Assembly: GCA_039208735.1 (NCBI GenBank)
Contig: JBCCQY010000170.1
Span: 1-20,926, forward strand
Direction of reading: 5' to 3'
Length of the DNA stretch: 20,926 nt
Source of the DNA: Myxococcota bacterium
Lineage (GTDB): Bacteria > Myxococcota_A > UBA796 > GCA-2862545
A program made the position numbers and the translations under genes. Positions 1 through 8,376 of the stretch are shown in pieces. Each line of letters begins with the position of its first letter. Position 1 is the first letter of the stretch. A model generated the notes under the pieces. It was not told where the DNA came from. It saw only the letters and a list, made by a program, of their open reading frames with translations, and searched no databases.

Positions 1-345
1 GCATTCCGCTTTGCCCGCCAACGCGTACAGATTGTTCGGGTCGAGTCTCAACGCGGTGTCATAAGCGCGTAGGGCTCGGTGGAAGCAGCCTGCCTGGCGT
101 AGGCTCTCTGCACGGGCCGTTGCAGCTTCCCGGTGGTCGGGAACCCGCTCCAGCACGGCCTGCCAGGCCTCGGTCGCGTACGACCATTGGCCACGCAGTT
201 CACGCAGCCTTGCGATGCCAATGGCAGCATCGACGTGGGTGGGGTCTTCGTTTAGACAGGATTGGTATGCGGCGAGTGCCTCGGCCCAGGCTCCGGCAGT
301 CTGGAGCTGGACCGCTCGCTCGAAGTGCTTGCGCGCGTCGGACAT
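1..345 (-). CDS. Tetratricopeptide-repeat (TPR) protein, N-terminal part; runs off the left edge
   Basis: Manual translation from ATG 345-343 is open to position 1: MSDARKHFERAVQLQTAGAWAEALAAYQSCLNEDPTHVDAAIGIARLRELRGQWSYATEAWQAVLERVPDHREAATARAESLRQAGCFHRALRAYDTALRLDPNNLYALAGKAEC. This gives three ~34-aa TPR units (G...A...Y/W...L..DP). SD-like AGGA/GAGG upstream. Absent from the ORF track because it has no stop in the window. Confidence 0.85.
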   Translation of the reverse strand, partial: MSDARKHFERAVQLQTAGAWAEALAAYQSCLNEDPTHVDAAIGIARLRELRGQWSYATEAWQAVLERVPDHREAATARAESLRQAGCFHRALRAYDTALRLDPNNLYALAGKAEC

Positions 346-477
346 CGAGCCTCGATTCCTCGACTGGTAGGTTAACCCCCATACGGACCGGCGCCGTCAT
401 CTCTGAAGGGCTGCGTCTTCGACACGAGCCTCCTCTCGAAAGTACGACCCCAGGGTTCGAATGAAAAGGAGGCACAA

Positions 478-942
478 ATGCTCGTGGTGGGAGACACGGT
501 CGACGAGTTCACACTCTGCGACCAAAACGGCAACGAGGTGCCTTGGAATGCATTCCGTGGCAAGCCTCTGGTCGTCTTCTTCTATCCTCGCGCCAACACC
601 CCGGGGTGCACAAAAGAGGCGTGTGCGTTTCGCGACCTTTCGTCCGAATTCGAGGCGGCGGGGGCCAGGGTCGTTGGGGTGAGCGCGGACTCGGTCAAGG
701 TGCAGTCGAATTTCACCAATAAGCACGATCTGAACATGCCGCTCCTGTCCGACCCAGACCACGTCATCCTCGAACCTTGGGGCGTGTGGGGCGAAAAGAA
801 GATGTACGGAAAGACGTCGATGGGCATCATCCGATCGACCTTCCTCTTTGATGCGGACGGCGTGGTCCAGCACGTCTGGTCGCCCGTGCGCGTGAAGGGC
901 CACGTCGACGCGGTACTCGAGAAGGTCTGCGAGACCTCGTAA
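478..942 (+). CDS. bcp: Thioredoxin-dependent thiol peroxidase (BCP/PrxQ peroxiredoxin)
   Basis: FFYPRANTPGCTKEAC (PxxxTxxC peroxidatic Cys, resolving Cys 5 residues later), GVSAD, LLSD, RSTFL, VKGH. Strong SD AAGGAGG before ATG. Confidence 0.96.
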   Translation: MLVVGDTVDEFTLCDQNGNEVPWNAFRGKPLVVFFYPRANTPGCTKEACAFRDLSSEFEAAGARVVGVSADSVKVQSNFTNKHDLNMPLLSDPDHVILEPWGVWGEKKMYGKTSMGIIRSTFLFDADGVVQHVWSPVRVKGHVDAVLEKVCETS

Positions 943-986
943 ACGCCTAGGTCTTCTCGCTACCTCACCGACGAGTCTGTGAGGGG

Positions 987-1015
987 TTGACGTTCGCCGT
1001 GGCGTGATTCCATTT
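987..1015 (+). promoter_or_regulatory. Possible heat-shock (sigma32/RpoH-like) promoter for the Hsp20 pair
   Basis: TTGACG (987-992), 15 nt, TTCCATTT (1008-1015) resembles the CTTGAA...CCCCATNT consensus and lies upstream of two sHSP genes. Match is imperfect. Confidence 0.3.
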
Positions 1016-1105
1016 CAACCATCACCGGCGACGGACGAGAACCCCGCCCGTCGCCTCACAAACCTCCAACGACGTTGGGATCCAATCGATCCTGGGAGAA
1101 TGACT

Positions 1106-1537
1106 ATGCTCGTTCCATGGGTTGACATCGATCGCGCGTTTAACCAGGCTGAAGCTTTGCATCGCCAGGTCAACGCACTGTTAGGAATGGAATCCGCACT
1201 TCGCGCGACCCCATTGACATCGACCCCTCGCTGGTCCGAGAACGACGAAGGCTACACGCTTTCCGTCGATCTCCCCGGCCTGGTCCAAGAGGACGTCGAA
1301 CTCGCGGTACACCACCGCCACCTTTCTCTCAAGGCGAAGCGTTCGCTTTCATGGCCGGACGGGACCCAAGTCCGCCATCGTGAGCGGCGTGCATTCCAAC
1401 TGGACCGTACATGGACGCTCCCCCAAACGGCCGACGTCGAGCAAACCGAAGCGGCGTTGACCGATGGCGTTCTTACCATCCGAATTCCCAAGACCCCCAA
1501 GGCGACGCCCCGCCGCATCGAGGTGCAGCATGGCTGA
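1106..1537 (+). CDS. Small heat-shock protein, Hsp20/alpha-crystallin family (143 aa)
   Basis: Alpha-crystallin motifs VDLPG...DVEL, RHRER, RTWTLP, AALTDGVLTIRIPK and C-terminal IEV (IxI/V). Start placed at ATG 1106 (GGAG at 1095-1098); ATG 1100 is an alternative. The track's 1004 start is too long. Confidence 0.92.
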   Translation: MLVPWVDIDRAFNQAEALHRQVNALLGMESALRATPLTSTPRWSENDEGYTLSVDLPGLVQEDVELAVHHRHLSLKAKRSLSWPDGTQVRHRERRAFQLDRTWTLPQTADVEQTEAALTDGVLTIRIPKTPKATPRRIEVQHG

Positions 1538-1898
1538 CACGAACCCTGATCTCCCCGTGACCCCTGACGTCCAAACGCCCGAGGTGGAAACGCCTTTGAC
1601 GGTGAAGCGCCCCGCAGACTGGATTCGTCCGGCGGCGGATGTGGCCGAAACGGAGAACGGCCTCGAGCTGTGGCTCGACGTTCCCGGCGTAGCCAAGGAT
1701 TCGGTCAAGCTCGAAGTCGAAGGCCTGGAGCTGCGGGTCGAGGCGCCGCGCGACGACCGATTTGGCTATCGACGAATCTTTACGCTGCCCCGCCAGGTAG
1801 ACCCGACGGGCATTACCGCAGAGATGAGCGCAGGGGTTCTCCACCTCACGCTGCCCCGCGCAGAAGCCTTCTCCCGACGCGTTATCAGCATCGCGTAA
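1530..1898 (+). CDS. Second small heat-shock protein, Hsp20 family (122 aa)
   Basis: PAADVAE, LDVPGVAKDSVKL, YRRIFTLP, AEMSAGVLHLTLP, C-terminal ISI. ATG 1530 overlaps the upstream stop (ATGGCTGA); GAGGTG upstream. Confidence 0.92.
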   Translation: MADTNPDLPVTPDVQTPEVETPLTVKRPADWIRPAADVAETENGLELWLDVPGVAKDSVKLEVEGLELRVEAPRDDRFGYRRIFTLPRQVDPTGITAEMSAGVLHLTLPRAEAFSRRVISIA

Positions 1899-1913
1899 TT
1901 CAGCTCCTTGGAC

Positions 1914-1984
1914 GGAGGGAGTGGCCAGTCACCCTTCGCGCTGCCGGGTGAGGTAGTCGCGAAGGGATGACTGGCGCTCATTCC
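1914..1984. other. Long intergenic stem-loop (terminator/stabiliser or small structured RNA)
   Basis: GCCAGTCA 1924-1931 / TGACTGGC 1968-1975; CCCTTCGCG 1932-1940 / CGCGAAGGG 1958-1966; CTGCC / GGTAG; loop GGGTGA; outer GAGT/GCTC and GGAG/TTCC. No clear U-tract. Confidence 0.7.
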
Positions 1985-2048
1985 AACCTCTGGGAACCAA
2001 AATCCGGCCATGTGGTCACCGATAGGGCACCGAACGGTGGAGTCCTTC

Positions 2049-3254
2049 GTGAGCATGTGGTTCGGCATGGGTTGCCTGATCGTTCTTTGCTGCCTTCCGG
2101 CTGTACTCTCGACAGTCGGATTGCTATGGCATCGGTTTGGTCCCCAACCGAAACGCAGCCCCTTACGAGATGAAGCGGCCGGCGCATGGCTTGAGCGGCA
2201 GATTGAGGGTGCGGCCCTCGATGTTGGGGTCGAGGTGCATGGTGCACCAGGTCTCGATGCGTACTGGCCGAGCGTCGATGCCATCGGCCTGTCGGCTCCC
2301 ACCTGGCACGGGCGCCGCGCGACGGAATTGGCGATTGCTGCCCACGAACTGGGGCACGCCCTCAACATCCGTTCCCACTGGCTTGCCGCCCACGCCTTGC
2401 CCATCGCCCGGTTGGCGCAAGGCCTAAGTTGGCGGGCCTTTGCGGCCACCGTCTTTTCGGCGTTGTTGGTGGGTGCGGGCGGATTGATCCCATTCGCAAC
2501 CGTCTTGCTCGGCGTGAGCCTGGTGGTCACCCTCACCGTGTGTGGCGATGAGTGGTTTGCAAGCTGGCGAGCCGTTCGATTCCTTCGTGATGACCCCACC
2601 GTGTCAGACGACGAAATCAAGATTGCCCAACATTCCATGCGTTCGGCGGGAACGGTCTACGCCCTCGACCTCGTCGGCCAACTCTTCGTCCTCGCGAGCT
2701 GGCCGTTCGTCATCGCCGATTGGCCGTCCCTCAGCGGTCCAACCAGCATCCCCAGTCCGGAAGCGGTTGGCTTAGCGGTTGTGATGGTCCCCGTCCTATT
2801 GCTGCGGGCTGCACATGTGGGCTTGCAAGTGTGGGACCCCGAACCCGTGACGACCGACTTCCGCCTGTTCACCGTGATGTCCCAGGAGAGCCGGTGGGAG
2901 TTTCTCACCGGGCTCGCCGTACTCACGGTGGTCGTGATGTTGCACCCCTTGTTGACCGGGCCGTTCGCGACGAGCGCGCTGGTGGGGGCCACGATGACGG
3001 CCATCGGTCCGGTAGGCGCGCTGCTTCGAGCGATCGTGCTCGTTCCCTTGGTGTTGCTCCTCCACCGATTTGCAGAGCCTGATCCAGAGGAACAACGTCT
3101 CCTTTTCAAAACACCCAATCTCGAGACGACCGCTCCCGCGCTGCTCGCGCTCTACACGAACCCTCCATGGTATCTGCGTGTAAGCTGGCTTGCGAACCTG
3201 GCTTACATCCCGCTGCTCGCCGTGGCAGCCGTCCGTTTGTGCACCTGGGCCTAA
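2049..3254 (+). CDS. Membrane zinc metallopeptidase (YugP / putative neutral zinc peptidase-like) with C-terminal multi-TM extension
   Basis: LDAYWP (cf. family DHYDP), AIAAHELGHA (HExxH), DEWFASWRA (cf. EFDASRRA), SAGTVY (cf. AAALTY), many hydrophobic segments. Start GTG 2049 (GGAG 2039-2042) or ATG 2055. Confidence 0.75.
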   Translation: MSMWFGMGCLIVLCCLPAVLSTVGLLWHRFGPQPKRSPLRDEAAGAWLERQIEGAALDVGVEVHGAPGLDAYWPSVDAIGLSAPTWHGRRATELAIAAHELGHALNIRSHWLAAHALPIARLAQGLSWRAFAATVFSALLVGAGGLIPFATVLLGVSLVVTLTVCGDEWFASWRAVRFLRDDPTVSDDEIKIAQHSMRSAGTVYALDLVGQLFVLASWPFVIADWPSLSGPTSIPSPEAVGLAVVMVPVLLLRAAHVGLQVWDPEPVTTDFRLFTVMSQESRWEFLTGLAVLTVVVMLHPLLTGPFATSALVGATMTAIGPVGALLRAIVLVPLVLLLHRFAEPDPEEQRLLFKTPNLETTAPALLALYTNPPWYLRVSWLANLAYIPLLAVAAVRLCTWA

Positions 3255-3348
3255 CACCGGTCTAAGATTGCCCGCCCAACCCGGTGGCAATGGTCGTCGA
3301 GGAGTGGTACGCCCCGGGGAAGCGTAAATCCGCGCGTCGGGAGAAGCA

Positions 3349-4431
3349 GTGGGCGCGATCATGTTGCTGGAAGACGGCCGACAATTCTCGGGTGATGCCT
3401 TTGGAGCATCCACGACCCGAGTTGGGGAAGCCGTCTTCAATACCGCGATGACCGGGTACCAGGAGGTGTTGACCGACCCCTCCTATGCGGAGCAGGTCAT
3501 CACGATGACCGCTCCCCATATTGGGAACACCGGTGTCAACGAAGAGGACCCTGAGAGCCGCCAGGTTTGGGCGGCCGGCTTTGTCGTGCGTTCGTTGACC
3601 CGGGGGCCCTCCTCATGGCGGTCGACGGGTGGTTTACACCAATACCTGATTCGAGAGGGTGTTCCTGGCATGCAAGGCGTCGATACGCGCGCGCTCGTGC
3701 GACACCTCCGCAACCACGGGGCCATGCGCTGCGTCATCAGCACCGACGGCACGCCCGTCGAGGGACTTCGGGAACATCTCGACGCGTGGCCGGGCATGGA
3801 AGGCCGCGCACTCGCAACCGAGGTCACCTGCGAAAAGGCCTATGTGGCCCATGACCCCGAAACCCCCTCGGCCCGGATTGCCGTGCTCGACGGGGGCTGT
3901 AAGAGCAACATCGTTTCGCTCCTGCAACATGCAGGTGCCTACGTTCGGGTCCACCCGCTGACCGACCCTTCGGAAGCCTGGCTGCGCGACGTCGACGGTG
4001 TGCTCATCAGCAACGGCCCGGGCGACCCTGCCGCGCTGCCCAAGGTGGTGGAACAAGTTCGCTCGGCGCTTGGTCAAAAGCCCCTGGTGGGCATCTGCCT
4101 CGGCTCACAGCTGCTTGCACTTGCCTGTGGGGCGTCGACCTACAAGCTGAAATTCGGCCATCGCGGGGCCAACCAGCCCGTGCGAGAAGAGGCGACCGGC
4201 GCCGTACAAATCACGAGCCAAAACCACGGCTTTGCCATCGACCGGGCCTCGCTAGAAGAGGCGGGCGGCAAGGTCACTCACGTTCATCTCAATGACGACT
4301 CGGTGAGTGGGTTCCGGCACGACGAACACAAAGTGTTCGCGGTGCAGTACCACCCCGAGGCTCACCCCGGACCGCACGACGGTCGAGTGGTCATCCGACA
4401 GTTCCTCGACTTCGTGCAGGATGCGAAATGA
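3349..4431 (+). CDS. carA: Carbamoyl-phosphate synthase small (glutaminase) subunit
   Basis: [38 protein letters not shown] (catalytic Cys), [27 protein letters not shown] start with GGGAGA upstream. Confidence 0.98.
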   Translation: MGAIMLLEDGRQFSGDAFGASTTRVGEAVFNTAMTGYQEVLTDPSYAEQVITMTAPHIGNTGVNEEDPESRQVWAAGFVVRSLTRGPSSWRSTGGLHQYLIREGVPGMQGVDTRALVRHLRNHGAMRCVISTDGTPVEGLREHLDAWPGMEGRALATEVTCEKAYVAHDPETPSARIAVLDGGCKSNIVSLLQHAGAYVRVHPLTDPSEAWLRDVDGVLISNGPGDPAALPKVVEQVRSALGQKPLVGICLGSQLLALACGASTYKLKFGHRGANQPVREEATGAVQITSQNHGFAIDRASLEEAGGKVTHVHLNDDSVSGFRHDEHKVFAVQYHPEAHPGPHDGRVVIRQFLDFVQDAK

Positions 4432-7400
4432 CATCGAACCGCCGTCTGCCGAAAGGCAGCGCCATCCTCGTCATCGGGTCAGGGCCGATCGTCATCGGCC
4501 AGGCCTGTGAGTTTGATTACTCGGGCACCCAGGCCGTCAAAGCCCTCAAAGCCCTTGGCTATCGGGTGGTGTTGCTGAACAGCAATCCCGCCACCATCAT
4601 GACCGATGAACGCTTGGCCGACGCCACCTATGTCGAGCCCCTGAGCGTCGATGCGGCCCGCCAGATCATCGAGCGGGAACGACCCGATGCGATTCTTCCC
4701 ACCGTGGGCGGCCAGGTCGGCCTGAACCTCGCCCTGGAGTTGCACCAGGCAGGCATTCTCGACAAGCACGGCGTTCGACTTATCGGAGCCGACCCCGAAG
4801 CCATCGATTTGGCCGAAGACCGCCAGCGGTTCAAGGACGCCATGGTCGAGATCGGTATCGGGGTCGCCCAGTCCGGCACCGCCAAGACCTTGGCCGAAGC
4901 CGAAGTCCTGCTCGAGCAGGTTGGCCTCCCCGCGATCATTCGCCCGTCGTTCACATTGGGCGGCGCTGGCGGCGGAATCGCTTGGAACATCGAAGAGTTT
5001 CGCGCCATCGTTGCGGAGGGACTCCGCCTTTCTCCGGTCACCCAGGTCCTCGTCGAACGGTCGCTGCTGGGCTGGAAGGAGTTCGAGGTCGAGGTCATGC
5101 GCGACCTCGCCGACAACGTGATCATCATCTGTTCCATCGAGAACTTCGACCCGATGGGCATTCACACCGGCGACTCGATCACCGTCGCCCCCGCGTTGAC
5201 CCTGACCGACCGCGAATACCAGAACCTACGGAATCTTGCGCAGAAGATCATTCGCCGCATCGGCGTCGAGACGGGAGGCAGCAACATTCAGTTCGCCGTC
5301 AATCCCGAGACCGGCGAAGTCATCGTCATCGAGCTGAACCCGCGGGTGAGCCGTTCCAGTGCGCTTGCCAGTAAGGCGACGGGATTTCCCATTGCGAAGA
5401 TCGCGGCCCAACTCGCGATTGGCATGACCCTCGACGAGATCGACAACGACATCACCCGCGTCACGCCGGCCTGCTTCGAGCCCGCACTTGACTACATCAT
5501 CGTCAAGATTCCGCGTTGGAACTTTGAAAAGTTCGAGGGCTCGAATCGCAAACTCGGCACTGCGATGCGTTCGGTGGGCGAGGTGATGGGCATTGGCCGC
5601 ACCTTCCCCGAAGCGTTGCTCAAGGCCATTGACAGCCTGGAAGGGGGTTTCCCCGACGTAAGCGGCCACTCCGACCAGGCCATTCGCGAAGCCTTGGCGT
5701 CAGCCACGCCCGACCGCTTGGCCGTCATCTACGAGGCCCTGCGTCGCGGTTGGAACAGTTCGGACATCGAGCAGCTCACCCAGATCGATCGCTGGTTCCT
5801 CGATCAGATGGTCGCCATTGTCAACGTCGAGCAGAGCCTCACGGGCCGGTTCGTCGATACGGTAAGTGCCGATGAACTGCGGCGCGCCAAGCGCATGGGC
5901 CTCCCCGACAAGACCATTGCCGGCTTGCTCAGCTGCGAGACGGCTGCAGTCACCGAGCGACGCAAGCGCGAAGGGGTGGTGCCCACCTTCAAGCGGGTCG
6001 ACACGTGTGCGGGCGAATTCGAAAGCTACACCCCTTACCTCTACAGCACCTTCGAGGATGAGGACGAAGCTGGGGATTCCGAGACCGACCGCGTGGTGGT
6101 CCTCGGCAACGGTCCCAATCGCATCGGCCAGGGAATCGAATTCGATTACGCGTGCTGCCACGCGGCGTTTGCCGTGCGAGATGCGGGTCTCACCTCGGTG
6201 ATGATCAACTGCAATCCCGAGACCGTGAGCACCGACTACGACACGGCCGACAAGCTTTACTTCGAGCCCTGCACCGCGGAGCGCGTTGGTGCGGTGCTCG
6301 ATCGCGAAACGCCCCGAGGCGTCATCCTTCAGTTTGGTGGCCAGACGCCACTGAAGCTGGCCCACGACATTGGCCCCGTTCTGGGCACCTCGCCCGACGC
6401 CATCGACTTGTGCGAAGACCGCGAACGGTTCTCGGTCCTCCTCCAGGAACTCGACATTCCCCAGCCCGAGTCCGCGGTCGCGCACAGCGAAGAAGAGGCG
6501 TCGGCGGTGGCCGCCCGACTCGGATTCCCCCTTCTCGTGCGACCGTCGTACGTGCTTGGGGGCCGGGCGATGGCCATCTGCTACGACGAAGCGGACTTCA
6601 GCCGGGTGGTGGGCGACGCGATTAGCACCAGTGAAGCACGAGCCTTGCTCATTGACCGCTACCTCGTGGGGGCCCGCGAATACGACGTCGATGCGCTCTC
6701 GGACGGCGAAGACGTCTACATCGCAGGCATCATTGAACACATCGAAGAGGCAGGGGTCCACTCGGGTGATTCCGCGGGCGTGCTGCCTCCGGTGGCGCTG
6801 GCTCACGAAGAGCAACGGCGCATCACCGCCTACACCGAGGCCATCGCTAAGAAGCTTGGCGTCATCGGGCTTGTGAACATCCAGTTCGCCATCGTCGAGG
6901 GCCAGGTGTTCGTCCTCGAAGTCAATCCCCGAGCCAGTCGCACGGTGCCGTTCGTCGCGAAGGCGACCGGGGTGCCGCTCGCCCGCCTCGCGACTCGCCT
7001 CTGCCTTGGCGAGAAGCTTGCCGACCTGCCCACGGAACCCAAAGGGGCCGGCATGTACTTCATCAAGGCCCCGGTGTTCCCCTGGCGGAAGTTCCAGGGA
7101 CACGATGTGGTGCTCGGCCCAGAGATGCGTTCGACAGGCGAAGTGATGGGGGTGGGCTGGTCCTTCGGGGAAGCCTACGCCAAGGCCCTCATCGCGGCGG
7201 GCATGAGCCTGCCTACCGAGGGTGGCGTGTTCCTGTCGATTCGGGATGCAGAGAAGCCGGAAAGCATCAACATCGCAGGCGCCTTGCGGCACCTTGGATT
7301 CAAGCTCTACGCGACCGGTGGTACCGCTAAGTTCCTTGAGGAACGCGGCATCGAGTGCGAACGGGTGTTCAAGGTCCACGAGGGCCGTCCCGATGCGGTC

Positions 7401-7610
7401 GACCACATCAAGAACGGTCAGATCCACCTGATCATCAACACCCCGCTTGGAAAGAAGGCGCAGTACGACGAAATGGCAATGCGCCTCGCCGGTTTACAGC
7501 ACGGAATTCCGTGCATTACCAACCTTGCGGCCGGCAAAGCGGCGGTGTCCGCGATCCGGAGCCTTCGCGCCGGAGAGCTGCAGGTGATCAAGCTGCAGGA
7601 GATTCGCTGA
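4428..7610 (+). CDS. carB: Carbamoyl-phosphate synthase large subunit
   Basis: [59 protein letters not shown], second half [32 protein letters not shown]-terminal MGS-like domain (YATGGT, IINTP). ATGA overlap with carA. Confidence 0.99.
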   Translation: MTSNRRLPKGSAILVIGSGPIVIGQACEFDYSGTQAVKALKALGYRVVLLNSNPATIMTDERLADATYVEPLSVDAARQIIERERPDAILPTVGGQVGLNLALELHQAGILDKHGVRLIGADPEAIDLAEDRQRFKDAMVEIGIGVAQSGTAKTLAEAEVLLEQVGLPAIIRPSFTLGGAGGGIAWNIEEFRAIVAEGLRLSPVTQVLVERSLLGWKEFEVEVMRDLADNVIIICSIENFDPMGIHTGDSITVAPALTLTDREYQNLRNLAQKIIRRIGVETGGSNIQFAVNPETGEVIVIELNPRVSRSSALASKATGFPIAKIAAQLAIGMTLDEIDNDITRVTPACFEPALDYIIVKIPRWNFEKFEGSNRKLGTAMRSVGEVMGIGRTFPEALLKAIDSLEGGFPDVSGHSDQAIREALASATPDRLAVIYEALRRGWNSSDIEQLTQIDRWFLDQMVAIVNVEQSLTGRFVDTVSADELRRAKRMGLPDKTIAGLLSCETAAVTERRKREGVVPTFKRVDTCAGEFESYTPYLYSTFEDEDEAGDSETDRVVVLGNGPNRIGQGIEFDYACCHAAFAVRDAGLTSVMINCNPETVSTDYDTADKLYFEPCTAERVGAVLDRETPRGVILQFGGQTPLKLAHDIGPVLGTSPDAIDLCEDRERFSVLLQELDIPQPESAVAHSEEEASAVAARLGFPLLVRPSYVLGGRAMAICYDEADFSRVVGDAISTSEARALLIDRYLVGAREYDVDALSDGEDVYIAGIIEHIEEAGVHSGDSAGVLPPVALAHEEQRRITAYTEAIAKKLGVIGLVNIQFAIVEGQVFVLEVNPRASRTVPFVAKATGVPLARLATRLCLGEKLADLPTEPKGAGMYFIKAPVFPWRKFQGHDVVLGPEMRSTGEVMGVGWSFGEAYAKALIAAGMSLPTEGGVFLSIRDAEKPESINIAGALRHLGFKLYATGGTAKFLEERGIECERVFKVHEGRPDAVDHIKNGQIHLIINTPLGKKAQYDEMAMRLAGLQHGIPCITNLAAGKAAVSAIRSLRAGELQVIKLQEIR

Positions 7611-8184
7611 CCCGCCCCTTGGTGCGATCCGCGAGGGCCTGCAATACGGTCTCGCGGATCGCCTGTGGAAGGCGGATCTTCATGCGAACCGTTTCGCTGT
7701 AGGTGGTGTCGACGATCTCCACCCCATGGGTCGTCAACACGTGGTGAACGTCACCGGTGTCGGGATGCCCAAAGCGGATCCACACGTCGGCCATCTCGAC
7801 GAAATCCGCCACTTCCGCGCGATCCAGTCCCTGACCCGCACAACCACCGTACGCACGGATTAGGCCGCCCACCCCCAGTTTGGTTCCCCCAAACCAACGC
7901 GCCACCACCACGACCACATCGACCACATCGTGGCCATCAATTTGGGCGAGGATGGGTCGTCCCGCGGAACCTCCGGGTTCACCGTCATCGTGGCTCCGCC
8001 CATCCCCCGAGGCGAGCCGAAACGCCCAGCAGTGATGAGAGGCGTCTGGCCACCGCGCGCGATTTGCCGCGACGACCGCCAATGCCTCATCGGACGTCGT
8101 GCATGGCGCGATGGTGGCCGTGAACCGAGACCCTTTGATGGGGGCTGCAACAAACGTGGAAGGCGAAGCGATCGTCTTGGGCAC
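7588..8184 (-). CDS. yigZ: YigZ/IMPACT family protein (~198 aa)
   Basis: [52 protein letters not shown] are IMPACT signatures. Likely start GTG 8184. The 3' end overlaps carB by 23 nt. Confidence 0.93.
   Translation of the reverse strand: MPKTIASPSTFVAAPIKGSRFTATIAPCTTSDEALAVVAANRARWPDASHHCWAFRLASGDGRSHDDGEPGGSAGRPILAQIDGHDVVDVVVVVARWFGGTKLGVGGLIRAYGGCAGQGLDRAEVADFVEMADVWIRFGHPDTGDVHHVLTTHGVEIVDTTYSETVRMKIRLPQAIRETVLQALADRTKGRVSESPAA
7624..7662. terminator. Perfect 12-bp inverted repeat just after the carB stop, inside the yigZ CDS; possible carAB 3' hairpin
   Basis: GCGATCCGCGAG 7624-7635 / CTCGCGGATCGC 7651-7662, 13 nt after the carB stop. No U-tract. Confidence 0.4.
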
Positions 8185-8376
8185 GCACGGGACGTAACGC
8201 GACGGATACGGCAAGATCGAGTTTTCATCCGCTTCGTGAAGGCGAGTTCGGGTTGACATTCAAGACAAACGTGACGGTTGCTGCAGTATGCCGTTATCGT
8301 ATGAGGGACCTCCTCGATTCGACCCCTTCTCCTCCCACCCTCCGCCGCCTTCCCTCTTTCCCCCTTCGTTGCCCCC

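Noticed and set aside
1899..1995. Intergenic hairpin as SRP RNA, 6S RNA or tRNA
   Set aside because: No SRP GNRA/GGAA loop with its conserved internal loop, too short and no central bubble for 6S, no cloverleaf.
3255..3348. Pyrimidine/arginine regulatory leader before carA (short ATTGCC/GGCAAT inverted repeat)
   Set aside because: No PyrR-binding motif, U-tract attenuator or recognisable ARG box; the repeat is too short to support.
4090..4110. CarA GICLGSQ instead of the usual GICLGHQ
   Set aside because: Catalytic Cys and the HPE His/Glu are intact; likely a neutral variant.
5700..7427. 575-aa antisense ORF and other long ORFs overlapping carAB, flagellin, the barrel and the TonB receptor
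   Set aside because: Stop-poor shadow frames expected in GC-rich coding DNA; no recognisable motifs.
8253..8281. Perfect TTGACA upstream of the kinase
   Set aside because: No credible -10 hexamer at 16-18 nt spacing (GGTTGC), so not called as a promoter.
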